Under the pieces are notes generated by a model. It made no database searches. It was not told where the DNA came from and saw nothing but the letters and a program-made list of their open reading frames with translations. DNA of 64,000 nt from Antedon mediterranea (lineage: Eukaryota > Animalia > Echinodermata). Both the position numbers and the translations under genes were made by a program. Location: the NCBI RefSeq assembly GCF_964355755.1, contig NC_092678.1, forward strand, positions 24,073,365 through 24,137,364, in the 5' to 3' direction. This document shows, piece by piece, positions 1-12,900 of this stretch. How positions within the stretch are numbered: the stretch's first letter is position 1; every line of letters starts with the position of its first letter.

Positions 1-174
1 CTGTTGTTTATGGTGACGTTACTGCCAGAGACCAAAGGGAAGCGTCTTGAGGACATCCAACGACTATTTGATCGGCCATGTATACTATGCGTGTCAGATG
101 ATGAAACGCCTGATGTACGTTACGTAAGAGTAGCACCACGTCGGGATGCTGATGGATCCGATGGTACGTCATAA
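1..174 (+). CDS. SLC2A13: C-terminal exon of a proton/myo-inositol cotransporter (MFS sugar porter, HMIT-like); gene begins upstream of the window
   Basis: Frame 1 reads LLFMVTLLPETKGKRLEDIQRLFDRPCILCVSDDETPDVRYVRVAPRRDADGSDGTS*. PETKG is the sugar-porter C-terminal motif, and the LFD..C.C..D...Y.RV tail resembles the vertebrate HMIT tail as I recall it. Confidence 0.85.
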   Translation: MLFMVTLLPETKGKRLEDIQRLFDRPCILCVSDDETPDVRYVRVAPRRDADGSDGTS

Positions 175-1435
175 AGTAATTAGTTTAATTGATGAGCTGT
201 TGTGTCGTCAAATTAATATCAAGATACATTAAGTATAATTTACTTTGTTGATATGATTTATCATATTTTTAGTTTTTTATATATTTTGAATTCTTCTATT
301 GACAGCATTTTGCCTACTTGTAATTTTCTATGCTTTTTTTGTACTAAATTGTATTTAAAATCCTTTTTGTTAATTGATTATGGTGTAAAAACATCAACAT
401 TTTGGATGTTTTTAGTCCAAATTTATTTAAGAAGTATTATATAATTCTTCATTTCACGGTGGCACTGTAGTTTGTTTGCTAAAATGCTTGCTTAAATAGT
501 CAAGGGTCGGGGTTCAAATCCTGATTGCAACTTTACTGTTGGATATGACAAAACAAACAAGAATAGAAATATTAGCATAAAGTAATATTAGCACTTATTA
601 AACCTTTTAAAAATAAAAGACTTATGACCTGTATGCATGAAAGAAGATATCTGAAACGTGCTAACCTTTGACCTTATTTCGCTTTTGCCTTGCACTCATT
701 TGCTTGATAAAAGATGATGGTAGGGTTAGTGTTCTGCGACACCAGCCTTATAGCAGTTACTATGGTACCTTACACTGACAAGCTAGGTAATAGTGTTCAA
801 GTTTTTAGACATGCATGGTTGATTCCTAAACCTATTTTAGTGTTCTAATTTATGGCATGCATTTTTATTTGTCACAAATACTTTGAGAGGTTTGCTGTTC
901 AGTATAATAATTTCCTTATCCTTAGAAATATTAATTATTTTACGCTGTGGTGAAATGTTAAGATTGGTTTAACTTTTATGGTTTTTTTTTTTTTTTAGTA
1001 GATTCCCCCAAACTGTTTTAGTTAATTAACCATCATGTGAAACCAAAATGTAGTTTGTCTACCAGTTGCATGCTACAGAATATAGATCTAGAATAATCTG
1101 CCAACCTGCTGATGATTGCAAAATAAAATAAGAACAAGTGTATCTAGTATAGTAGCACCTACTGGTTATCATAATCAAACATGTTTTCTGTTGATCGATT
1201 ACAGTTGGTCACCAGGCTTTAATTGGTCCAACTACCTTGATATAAAATCCTCGAAGGAGAAAATGAATGATATTGAGATTCAAGCGCGTGTGTCCAAATA
1301 TATAATAAAATCCTCCTTCACTTTGATTATACAGGAATTACCAGTGTAATAATAATTGGTATGCATGTAACAACTCCATTTTTAAGTAGTTTTTTGAAGA
1401 TGATTTAATAAACTTGTTTAAACGTATATTTTCAG

Positions 1436-1512
1436 AGGTTCGGCAACACTTACTTCAAGAAGAGGAGGAAGATGACGATGAGGTTGATACAAGATATCCT
1501 GTCAGGAGTTAA
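1436..1512 (+). CDS. SLC2A13: Probable alternative or true last coding exon of SLC2A13 (EVRQHLLQEEEEDDDEVDTRYPVRS*)
   Basis: Donor G|GTACGT at 163/164 (phase 1) joins acceptor ttttcag|AG at 1435/1436 in frame; open to TAA at 1510-1512. Confidence 0.65.
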
Positions 1513-1587
1513 TCATATTATTACCTGTTTCTGTTCATCAGTACTTTGTTTGTAATTGTGTCTGTCAGCAATGTATTCAGTTGTGTT

Positions 1588-2210
1588 AAAGCATATCCAG
1601 GGATGTCAGAAAAATCCAGGGGTCTTCAAAGGATATCCAGGGATGTCAGAAAAATCCAGGGGCGTTCAAGGCATATCCAGGGATGTCAGGAAAAATCCAA
1701 GGGTCTTCAAGGCATAACCAGGGATGTCAGGAAAAATCCAGGGGTCTTCAAAGCATATCTAGGGATGTCAGAAAAATCCAGGGGTGTTCAAGGCATATCC
1801 AGGGATGTCAGGAAAAATCCAAGGGTCTTCAAGGCATAACCAGGAATGTCAGAAAAAATCCAAGGGTCTTCAAGGCATAACCAGGAATGTCAGAAAAAAT
1901 CCAGGGTCTTCAAGGCATATCCAGAACAATCCAGGTGTCTTCAAGACATATCAAGGGATGTCAGCAAAAAATCCAGAGGTCTTCAAGACATATCGAGAGA
2001 TGTCAGAAAAATCCAGAGGTCTTCAAGCCATAACCAGTGATGTCAGGAAAAATCCAAGGGTCTTCAAGACATATCCAGGGATGTCAAAAAATATCCAGGG
2101 GTCTTCAAGGCATATCTAAAGATGTCAGAAAATATCCAGGGGTCTTCAAGGCATATCGAGGGATGTCAGAAAACATCCAGGGGTCTTCAATGCATATCCA
2201 GGGATGTCAA
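1588..2210. repeat. Minisatellite, ~42-43 bp unit (aaggcatatccagggatgtcagaaaaatccaggggtcttc), about 14-15 copies, in the presumed SLC2A13 3' UTR
   Basis: Directly visible tandem repeat; it explains the overlapping repetitive ORFs at 1546-2297. Confidence 0.95.
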
Positions 2211-2251
2211 ATATATTGTATATATAGTATATATATATATTGTTACAATTC

Positions 2252-2294
2252 TTTTCACCTGATGATGGGCTATGCCCGAAACATGTCGTTAAAA
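2252..2294 (+). ncRNA. Minimal type I hammerhead ribozyme motif (Penelope-like retroelement type)
   Basis: ttttcac-CTGATGA-t-GGGC-tat-GCCC-GAAA-CATG-TC-gttaaaa: catalytic core boxes, stem II, palindromic ACATGT stem III, GUC triplet, stem I ttttcac/gttaaaa with one mismatch. Confidence 0.65.
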
Positions 2295-3507
2295 TAAATC
2301 TATATTGAGGCAGTTTTAACTTATTTGATCTTGATTTTTTTCTATATCCTGCCTATGCAGCTCTTTGATTTATGTATATATAGTATATCTATAAATAACT
2401 TTATTATGATTTATATTAATTTCTGTGTATATATTTGTTATATGTAATTTGTATGTATTTACACCCACCATATTTACCTTTCATCCCACCAGACCTTTAC
2501 ACTATCAGTAGCACTTCACACATACTAAAAACAAAGCATTCTACCCGTTTTGTTCTGCAATAGCACACCAACATGTTTTAATACATTTATTCTGCATCTC
2601 TAAAATATAACCTTGTTTTGGGCCAAAGTTCTTACATTTCAGAAATTTTAAAAGTTGTTTTCATAAATTTATCAGAAAAATAATAATCAGGTAATTACTT
2701 GTGTGTGTGTAATGTAATTTTAACATTATGGTATGATCTTATATTTTTTATCTGTGCATTAAATATTACTTTACTACAATTATGCATGTGTCAATTCATT
2801 TATTTCATATCATTAACATTTACTTATGTTTACGAAGAGTAGATATAACTTATAATAACTTATATAACTAATTTGTAAAATGCTACAGTTTTAGAATAAG
2901 GTCATAGGTCAATGTCGTAGGTCATTGTATCTATTAAAAATCGTGTTAGTCTGTCATATTCTGGATATTTTGAAGAGGTTATTTTTATATCGTAGGTTTA
3001 GTTAATGTTACACTACCTAGCATTTGGTAGTAATAATTGCCTGGTGCTTTAATTGTTATATGCTACAGTTCAATTGTAAGCTAAATCAACATTAATAGTT
3101 TATGCTGTAAAACTGTATACATTCTGCATCAACAATTTGAAAGATTTTAATTAATTGTAAATTAGGTAGAAAGTGCATTATTGTACAAATAAAATCACAT
3201 TATTTTTATCCTCTAATATTATTATTATTAGAATTAAAAACATTTGCTTTATTTTACAGTATATAGAAAATATGTATTTATTTTGTTTTACTGAGAAGAA
3301 ATATAGTAATACACTGATAGTAAATTTACGTTTAGAGACATACGTAGAGTTACATACTTTCCAACTGCGCACAGCATATATAAATATTTAATAAGAGGTT
3401 TGCTTTCTGATAACTAAATACTATTAACTATATATTTACTAGTGTAAATAATTAAACAAAATATGTTGCTAGACAAGAATTAGCATATACTATAATATAT
3501 ATATATA

Positions 3508-3648
3508 TTGGTTCCCACATGGACGCAACGCTATGACGTAGGCGCAATGCAAGTGAGTTGACCAATCACAAGCGACAGTTTGAAAGATCCACCGCGTTGT
3601 GATTGGTCAATTACTTGCTGCGCGCTTACGTTTTTGTCCTTTATACGT
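3508..3648. mobile_element. Palindromic MITE-like element (tggttcccac... family), degenerate
   Basis: Internal inverted repeat ttgaccaatcacaagc / gttgtgattggtcaa; related copies at ~5497-5612 and ~14768-15315. Confidence 0.6.
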
Positions 3649-3948
3649 ATTTAATATAATAACTAAACTTACTGTACATTGAGTTAGCCTATATCTGTTT
3701 ATATTATTGTACCACCGAATGACTTTCGATGTAAAGTAGTATAAAATAAGTAGTAATAACTAGTTAATAAAAGAAATATAATTACATTCTTTTTTATTAT
3801 TTATTTACGATTGGAAACAATAACACGGTTGAGTCTTCAAAATATATTGTACAATTACGGTACTCGCGCTTCAATGACAAGCAAGAAATGAATGCAAAAA
3901 GACGGCAAAAACACTTGAAAATACACGTGCTGTAGTTTTAGTCGATTG

Positions 3949-6900
3949 TTAGTTTGTGGTAGCTATTACAGTGTTTACTGTATGTTCGCTCTGTTTTACT
4001 CGGTTGTTGAATGATTTCCTTACAACATCTCGCACCTACAAAAATAAAACGTAAATCGGATTTTTAAAATCAGTTTTTCTTGTTTGTATGGTGGGAATAT
4101 GCTTTACAAAAATAGGACTGAATAGATTTTCGGGAATTCTACCAGTATTTGAGTAAAACAAAGTAGAAATAGATCACCTCTTTGCTGAGAACACACTGAG
4201 TGAACCAAATGAATAGTCCCTGAAAGGAATTCATTGTCACAAAGATGTATTCCAGGCCCACCGAATCAGAGAAGATGACTACGACACCAAATATCCACCA
4301 AAGTCCAACGGTTGGTGTAAGAAGCAATATGCCACTAAATAGAGTTCTACAAAATAACGTGAAATAAATTGAATTTAGTCAACAGTGAAATTAGAAAGAA
4401 GCTTCGAACGTAAAGGTACAAGTAACTATTCCTCTTCAACTGGTATCTGGATACCATATCATGAAGTTTCTTAAGTTGCGTATGTTGCGTCTTAAGTAGT
4501 TGCTTAAAGACAAAGCATGTATACATTGTAGGGCCTAACCTGATTCTTTTGAGGTGTTGGGCATCTTCTCCTGATTGGTTTGGTAGTTGAGATTTCTTAT
4601 AAGCTACGTAGCCAATTACCAATAACTGTACAAGTACGATCTGTAAAATGAAGAACACCACACTGCAAACCTCAATTATTCTACAGCCACCCACCACATC
4701 CCCACCCACCACATCCCCACCCCTAATGTGTGTATTGACGCTTTATAATCCTTTGTAGGCCTAATTGAATAACTGTTCTTACCAACACAGCCAGGCAAAC
4801 TGGAGCGATAAATGCCCATATGGCACCTGAGTCTGTAGACAGCCAACATCTAAAAGTAGAAAATCACACAAAAATGATTGGACCGTCATTTCAAGCTTTC
4901 CACTGATTGGTTAATACCTAAAATAAGGTTTTGCTTACTTGTCAGATGCATAATTGTCTCGTGTTGATACAGCAGTTATCCCGACGATAATGGCGGGAAT
5001 AATCCAACCGATAAATCGAACGTACGAAAGTCGTCGTTCATGGTTCTGAAATGGATGCTTGATCTTGATATATAAATCGGTTGATATGATAACCATCCAT
5101 GAAACACTTGCTAACAGACTGTAATGTAAGGATCCCGCCAGCAGACTACATGCTATCTATTTGATAGGAAAAGAAAGTTTAAATGGTACTTTCGGATCGT
5201 TTCCCCTAAGCTACTTATTTTATTTAGTTTTACAACTCTGACATTGAGAATTATTTGCTCGAGTATATAAACTGAATACAGATTTTAAATTGTTTGTTGT
5301 GTAATCAAATTTAAAGTGAAAATTTGTTTAGATTAAACCATGGAGTTATGATTAAACCTTGATAGCCGTGGTTCTTGCGTTTTTTGGTAGGCTTATCGGA
5401 AATCCAACCATGAACTACTTGATCAACATAAATACAATGTCTACGTAAACCTGTGACTGTATTAAACTCTCTAAATCAGCGGAACGCAAGGTGACTTGGT
5501 TCCCACTAGCGCGCAACGTAAAGACGTAAGCCGCAACGCAAGCGAATTGGCCAATCGAAAGCTAGGCTTATTCCAACTTGCTTGTGTCTTATGTCCTTGC
5601 GTTACATCCTAGCATAGTCAATATAAAGTTTCTATTGACTATGATCCTAGCGAGAATCTTGGTTTGTTTCCTAATGATGTTACGACATGATTTGTTGAAA
5701 TATGAAACAAAATATATAAGACTCATTAGGACCTCAGCTCCACGTACCGTGATTGAGGCTGAGATGAGAAATTGAAAAATAGAGCTGCCAGGTCCCCGGA
5801 AATTATACTTTACTTTATTTCCAACATAAAAAGGCATAAACATAAAAATCATTGACAAAGAGTGTGATAAGATTTAGTTAAAAGAAACTCATTGCACGTA
5901 TACATTGAGATATGAAACGAAATTATAATTCTACAGGACCAGCCCACCATGGTTGGGTGGAGCTAGTAATTTTGAAAAAAAGAGTTGCTAAGTGCCGGCC
6001 CTGGAATTGGACCAGTCCCTGCCTATCCTAAATTAACTATACTCTCTAAATATGCATATATCTTTTAAAATAAAAGAACAACATTTTATAAAAAAAAACA
6101 CAAAAAAAACGTAGAGATTCGAACCCCAGCTAGTAGAGCTGAGAGAATTCAAACGATAGTTATTTGAGCACTACCCGTTATTGCCACAATGTACACGGGT
6201 AATGAAGAGTGACAATAGTATATTCTTATACGCGCTTCATATTACGTCATTCTAATCGTTACGTCCTAAATATGAATATTCATGAGCTTAATTTTGAGGG
6301 AACGAAACTCGTATTAACATTTCTATAAACCAGAAGGCCGGATAGCTCAGTTGGTAGAGCGTCGTGGAACACGATTATCATGGGTTCAAACCCCATGCCG
6401 GTCTCGGTGGAATTGAGTTAAAGCTATGCGAGCTTCTGTGTTTGGGGTTCACAGATTTAAACGTCCCCCTTTCCACCACGGCATTATGAGGCGATAACAT
6501 CAAAGCATCTGATGTCGTGACCCAAGGCTGTGAGAGGGCCTTACCGTGCTAGAGGCAAGGGAGCACACCAAATTTTTTTTTTTTTTTTTTTTTTTTTGAT
6601 TATCGCGTCATTCGATCTCATAAATTTTATGTTTGGCGCCCTCATTTTGAAGAACACCTGAGTTATGTCAGAAAATTAGGAACAAATAAATAGAAATGTG
6701 TAAATATGCCTGGCTAGTTTATTCTCTTTATTTATTGTAAAAAATGATTTCAGAAAAGTTTTTGAACTTTTAAGTTTTAAAATTGCTTTTTTTTCTAGTG
6801 TATTATTCTACATTTCTAGACGTACGTATAAATTATCATCATAATTGAGAATTCTCTTCGTTACGTGTTTAGAAAAAAATTAATATCTCATCGTAGTTAT

Positions 6901-9900
6901 ACGACACGGCTTGGTATGCTGTGCGTTGTTATGCAAATGTCATTGTGCAGGTGTAGAGGGACTGGTTTGTCATTCGCGGTCAACACGCCACACTATTTAA
7001 TTTTACTCGGTTAATCTTTTACATTAGAAGGTGGCCTCATATCTTGTTCTGTACTAATTCTAGTATTATTTTAACTTAACGTCACCTAGTTACTGTATTA
7101 TTGTGCTTTTATCGCTAAGTTGGTAGCGAAATATCTGTTTCATGGAAAAAATATATATATAAATAAATAAATAAATAACAGCAGAAAACTTGGTTACTTC
7201 ATTGTTTTAATCGCTACAAATTTGTTTCGTGCGACCAGCATGTAGCTGGCCGCACTCTTCAGGTGAAATGTAAAACATAAGTATTTTGAATACGTTATGC
7301 AGTGCTCTCTTGCCCTTGGACGGATAGGAATTTTTAGAGAATTTTCCTCTATTTAAGGGATTTTATTCTTTGTTTTTCGCCTATCCCAACTGTGTGGTCG
7401 CACCGTCCCAGATTGAACATGATAAATATATTGACAAAGCTTGTGATAATATTTAGTTAAAAGAAACTAATTGCACGTATACATTGGTATATGAAACGAA
7501 ATGATAATTCTACAGGACCAGCTAAGCTAATAATTTTGAAAGATACAATACACCAATTATTTTTTTCTGTGGCTTTCCGACTCCTTTCAATCTCGTAAGT
7601 TTTATGTTTGATGCCCTCAATTTTAAGAGCACCTAAGTTATGTCAGAAAATTAGGAATAAAAAAGATGCCGATGCCAATGCCTAGCCTGGCTAGTGTATT
7701 CTCTCTATACATATACATTATTGTAATAAACAGTTTTTAAAAAGTGTTATTATATTTCTTACAATAATTTCTAAAATCTCAAGACTTAGATTGGTTGAGT
7801 AACGCATACTTTGAATAATAAAGGTTTATCGAGAAAACCCCGTTTTTTTAGCACTTTAGCATATTTCTCAAACGAGAAAGCACATGTACTTGGAACTATA
7901 TCTTGCCGTTTGAAGCGTGCGTGCTAGATGATTAAGATTGGTTGGATGTAGATTTTAATGGAAATGTTAAAAAATTTATCAGATGAAATGATATAAAATG
8001 ACCATGCTGTTGGTATCTATCTATCTCGGTGGCTGGATCTCAATGTATAGAGAAGTGAAATAAACAGAAAGCCAGATCAAAAGTACAGCCAGAGAAAGTG
8101 CTCGGAAACCACTTTTTCCGTTGTAAGGGCTAATAACTTGAAAAGTGACATTATCTCGATTATTTACCAGTGATTTATTAGCATCTGACTCAAGTAGCAA
8201 AAACAGAATGTTGACGCAGAGTAACGACATGACCAAATGGCGCAGCATTCTGAATCTATCCGATCTTCTTAATTCTCTGAAATTAGAAAATATTGGTTCT
8301 ATTCATCGGCCCAGTGCATTAGCGGTAGGCCTAAAAACTTATAGGAGCAACTTTGAAATTATTTAAATTATTTGTAACTACCTGAAACAGCAAATAATGA
8401 CAAGTGTGGTGATGAGGAAAAAAGTGGAAGTTACCAATCCACATTTTGTGAGTGTAGACATGTGTTGATAATCCGTTGATTCCTCCTTAAACTGAACAGA
8501 AAATATTTAACTATAAGTAACCCATTGAAATATAGCCTAAAATACATAAACTGCTACAAAAACCCAATGATAGAGAAGTATAAAAAGAAGAACTAACCGG
8601 TTTTGGTTTCATGAGAATGACAAATGACGTCAGATGACTACATCTACACGTCACACCAGTTACGTAATAGTCTTCTTCGTATACTGTTACACATCCATCA
8701 GTTGCCCATAAACACTCGCTTTAAACATTACAAAGTAAATCTTTAGTAAGTAAGTTTATTGGTAATTATCAAAGGGTTGCCATAAATCCTTCACAATCTT
8801 TGGATTACTTTTTTATGTTGGTAAAAGGGTACTTCAGTAGTAGTAAGTGATTTTGGAAAGTCAGAAACAAAAGCAACAAACAGCAACCACAGTGATATGT
8901 GTGTTATGGATTGTGAGCGTTCAATGTGTGCGTGGTATTTTATCTGAAATTGATACTTACGACGGAGGGTGATCATCATTTGTAAAGTGGCAAACTGGCA
9001 TCAAATTTCTATTCAACGCAATTTTCTTTTTGTTGGATTAAAAATGAATACCGAAAATTATTTTTTGGAACATATGATTATTGTGATACACTTCTTCGTC
9101 AGTTAACGTCGATAGGCTTAGTATCAATCATTTCGAAATAATAAATCACATTATAAATCTTATGCATGTAATCGCTTTTTGGTGTTTTAAACTTACCTTT
9201 AATATAGGAAAATGAATCCGACAATTTAATCTTATTTTTGTAAACTTTCTATCAAAAATGTCAAGAGTAACTACGTCTGTTGCAGTTTCGAAAAACTCTC
9301 TATCGCTGAAAGAAAATTAGATTGAAACATTTCTAGTAAATTGTCGAATCCCTGGTTGATATAATGAATGATTGAAAATGTTCATCTGGTTTGTAGGTAT
9401 GAATATATTGAAAAAATCAATATATTGATATAATGTACCCTATTTTCATAAAAGGGTCTATTATTTAAAACCTGCCATGGATGAAGAATAGGAATATCTG
9501 TATTTGTTATTGTATAAGTTCTTTATACTTATTTATTTTACTTACACAGTTTCCAATAATGTATAAGCCGAAAGTTCAATTAAACTTGCATTAACAACAA
9601 ATGGTCCATCTATAAAATAAAATAATCTTTATAAATCCCATCTTAAAACTGTAAGCGTCTCTAAATTGTGTTACTATTGAATTGACGTTCGCGTACTAAA
9701 AATGTACTGTCATCAATCATATTTTTTACGCGTGCGGTTTTGTTGATTTGTATGTGTGTGGTGTCATTGGCAAGGTATGCAAAGTATTTTTAAGAAAGTT
9801 TGAAAAAAAAATGTATGGTTTATGGTATTGATAGTAAACAAAATGTGTTTAAACGTTCAGTTAGCTTAGTTAGTTCATTTTAGACACATACCTTCTTTTA

Positions 9901-12900
9901 CAGCGTTTTCGGTCGAGGCCCAAAACACGATACTATCTGGTTCAGTTGATACAGGGCTTGTTATGTTGCGTTTTTCCTCTAATGTAAAGTAGGCTTTATT
10001 AAAATTAAAAAAACAATACGTTTAAGCTTATGTGTTGTTTTATGTAATAAGGTACTACTGTATGTTCACTGTCATCAGCTTCACCAATAATAAAATGAAA
10101 ATTGACACGATAATATTTTAATTTAGATATCAATAATAATAATAATAATAATAATAACACCAATAATACTAACAATAATAATAATAATAAAAACTACGCA
10201 ATAATACTTTTATAACGCGCTCGCGTGCATAATGTGTTATCTTACTTGGAACCGTTAACCTAAATTCACAGAAATCTATGTTTCCCGATAAATCAGCTAC
10301 TGTGAAGTTGTACACCTTTTCTCCAATACCAATTCCTCCATAAAATGTTGCATTAGGATTTGGGGAGAAGATTATTTTCATTGAGTTGTCCCTTGCTGTT
10401 ATTATTTCTGAGTAGTTTAGAGATGCCAATACAGAATCAGTATTTGGATAAATCGTCATGTTGGTAGATGGACAATTTAACACTGGATCTTCTATATCTG
10501 TTATCATTATATAAATTAAAAGGATATTATATTCGCACGTATGCTGCTCTTTTCAATACATGCATAAAAAACACAATACAAATAGCAAATACTGAAAAAT
10601 AAAATGTATGAATTAAAAAATGGTGATCTTACATAACTTTTGTTATTTCCGATTTTTATGTATATTGTTGAATAAAAATTATAATGAAATTTTGCTTAGA
10701 ACCACGTAACCCCCTAAAACTTAGTGTAGTTTATAATCATCATTATCATGTGTGCCAACTCATATGGAAGACAAGATATGACGTCATCATTTGATATACG
10801 TAGTTTTATACTTTACCTTGAACGTTTGTTTCAACTGTACACTTCACACTGTTTCCACTTGGGTCAGTTGCGAAGAACGTGTCCACACTTTTTCCAATTG
10901 GATACAATCCAATAGTTGTTGTAAAATTACCAAAAACGTGTCCGGAATTATCAGTTGCGTATAATGTAGTTGTAAAATTAACCGTCGCCACATCGCTTCC
11001 GGGATCGGTAGTGAAATTACCACCAGGTGGACAGTAAAGTACAGGTGGTTCTGTATCTAATAATTCGTAATTTAAATTAACATAATAGTAGAAGAATGAA
11101 GCCGTAGTTGTGAAAAGAAAATGTTTGTGACTTCATTGACGTAGTTTGATTAGCTTGATATGTTTAATCTTTGCTATATAATTAAAAATCATAAATATGC
11201 AAGAATTCGTTCCCACAGCCCGATCCGGGAATACAATAGATCAGGATGTACTAGGAGATTGGATCAAGACTGTATACAAGACAACAAACCGAAATCACCC
11301 GACAACAACCCGAAATCAACCGACAACAACCCGAAATCAAACGACAACAAAACTATGTAATTATTTTAGCGAACTTGCATTTAATTTAAATTAACGTCTT
11401 TATTTAAACTTTCACCTCAACACATTCTCTGTTTTTTTTCTGTTTGATGTTCATCATTATTAAACGTTTAGTTCATCTATCATCACTTACCTTGAACGTA
11501 AATTTCAACAGTACACTCCACGTTGTTTCCACTCGGATCACTTGCTGTGTAATTTTCCACCCTTCTTCCAATTGAATAATTCATTCGGAGAGTTTGATGA
11601 ATTTGAACTTCTCCAGAATTATCCGTTGCTTTGATTAAATTCGATAAATCAACTGTGCCCTTGTCACTTCCAGGATTGGTATAAAAAGTATAACCAGGTG
11701 GACAGTCAAGTTCAGGTGGTGTTATATCTTAAATACGGGGAAAAATCGTAACATTTATTCAAACTGGAAGCTTGTGAAGGAGTTACGGTGTGGTATTGTA
11801 TCGAAATTGAATAAAATGATTTAAAAAATGGATTTCTGGAATTTGTATAAAGACCATGCTACCGAAAATTGTTATTTGAAATGTACAGCTACCGACATTT
11901 CATGACGAGTCGTTTGCTGTGAAGGTAAAGTCTCCAATATTAACGGGGAATACATCTTCAGGATGAGGATGAATGATAAGGGTGTCGTTTGTGTTGTCAC
12001 TTGCATTTATTGTCACTGGGACTACTTTCAATGTTGCATTATCTTCAAGAAATGTCGTTATGTCAGCAGGGCATTCCAATACGTTGATTTCATTTATATA
12101 ATAATTTACCTTGAACGTGAATTTCAACTGTACACTCCACGTTGTTTCCACTCGGATCACTTGCTGTGTAATTTTCCACCCTTCTTCCAATTGTATAATT
12201 TGTTCGGAGAATTTGATGAATTTCCACTTCTCCAGAATTGTCCGTTGCTTTTATTAAATTCGATAAATCGACCCTGCCTATGTCATTTCCAGGATTGGTA
12301 TAAACAGTATAGACAGGTGGACAGTCAAGTTCAGGTGGTATTATATCTTGATTTCAAATTAATAAAAAAAAAAGTATATTGAATTTTTTCAGAACTACAC
12401 CCTAGTTAGTGTCGGCAGAAGATGGACATTTAAAGAAATTATATCAAATAGAAAACTGGCCTTCAGGGTGTGGCATTAATTCAAAGCGAATACTTGTCTA
12501 TAATTGAAATCGGTCTATAGGCTGATTTACCCAAAATTGTTATTCGAAATGTACAGCTGCCGACATTTCCTGACGAGTCGTTTGCTGTGAAGGTAAAATA
12601 AAAGTCTCCAACTCCAAGATTAACAGGAAATATATCTTCAGGATGAGGACGAATAATAAGGATGTCGTTTGTGTTGTCACTTGCATTTATCATCGGCAAC
12701 CAGATATTCACTGTTTCATTCTCTTTAAGGGGTGTCAACATGTCCTCAGGACAATTCAATACAGGCTGCTCTGTATCTATTAATTTACAGATGTATTAGT
12801 CAAAATTTAACAGTAAGTATAAAATTCAATCAAATAATATTAATAATGAAAAATTCTTACTGGTTAGGCAGTTGCTGTAAATATATCGGAAGTACGTCTT

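Larger units (their letters stand above)
5850..7760. repeat. Local intronic direct duplication (~5850-5990 and ~6610-6780 repeated at ~7430-7760)
   Basis: attgacaaag...ttctacaggaccagc and ttttatgtttg...agttatgtcagaaaattagga each occur twice in the same order. Confidence 0.75.

Noticed and set aside
455-530. B-box-like GGTTCAAATCC (and a reverse-strand one near 6115-6128)
   Set aside because: Too degenerate to fold as tRNA; at most old SINE remnants.
1546-2297. Overlapping repetitive ORFs (SRDVRKIQG...)
   Set aside because: Translations of a 42-43 bp minisatellite in several frames, downstream of the SLC2A13 stop.
6336-6404. Functional tRNA gene
   Set aside because: The anticodon loop has 3 nt instead of 7, and the sequence continues into a SINE-like body.
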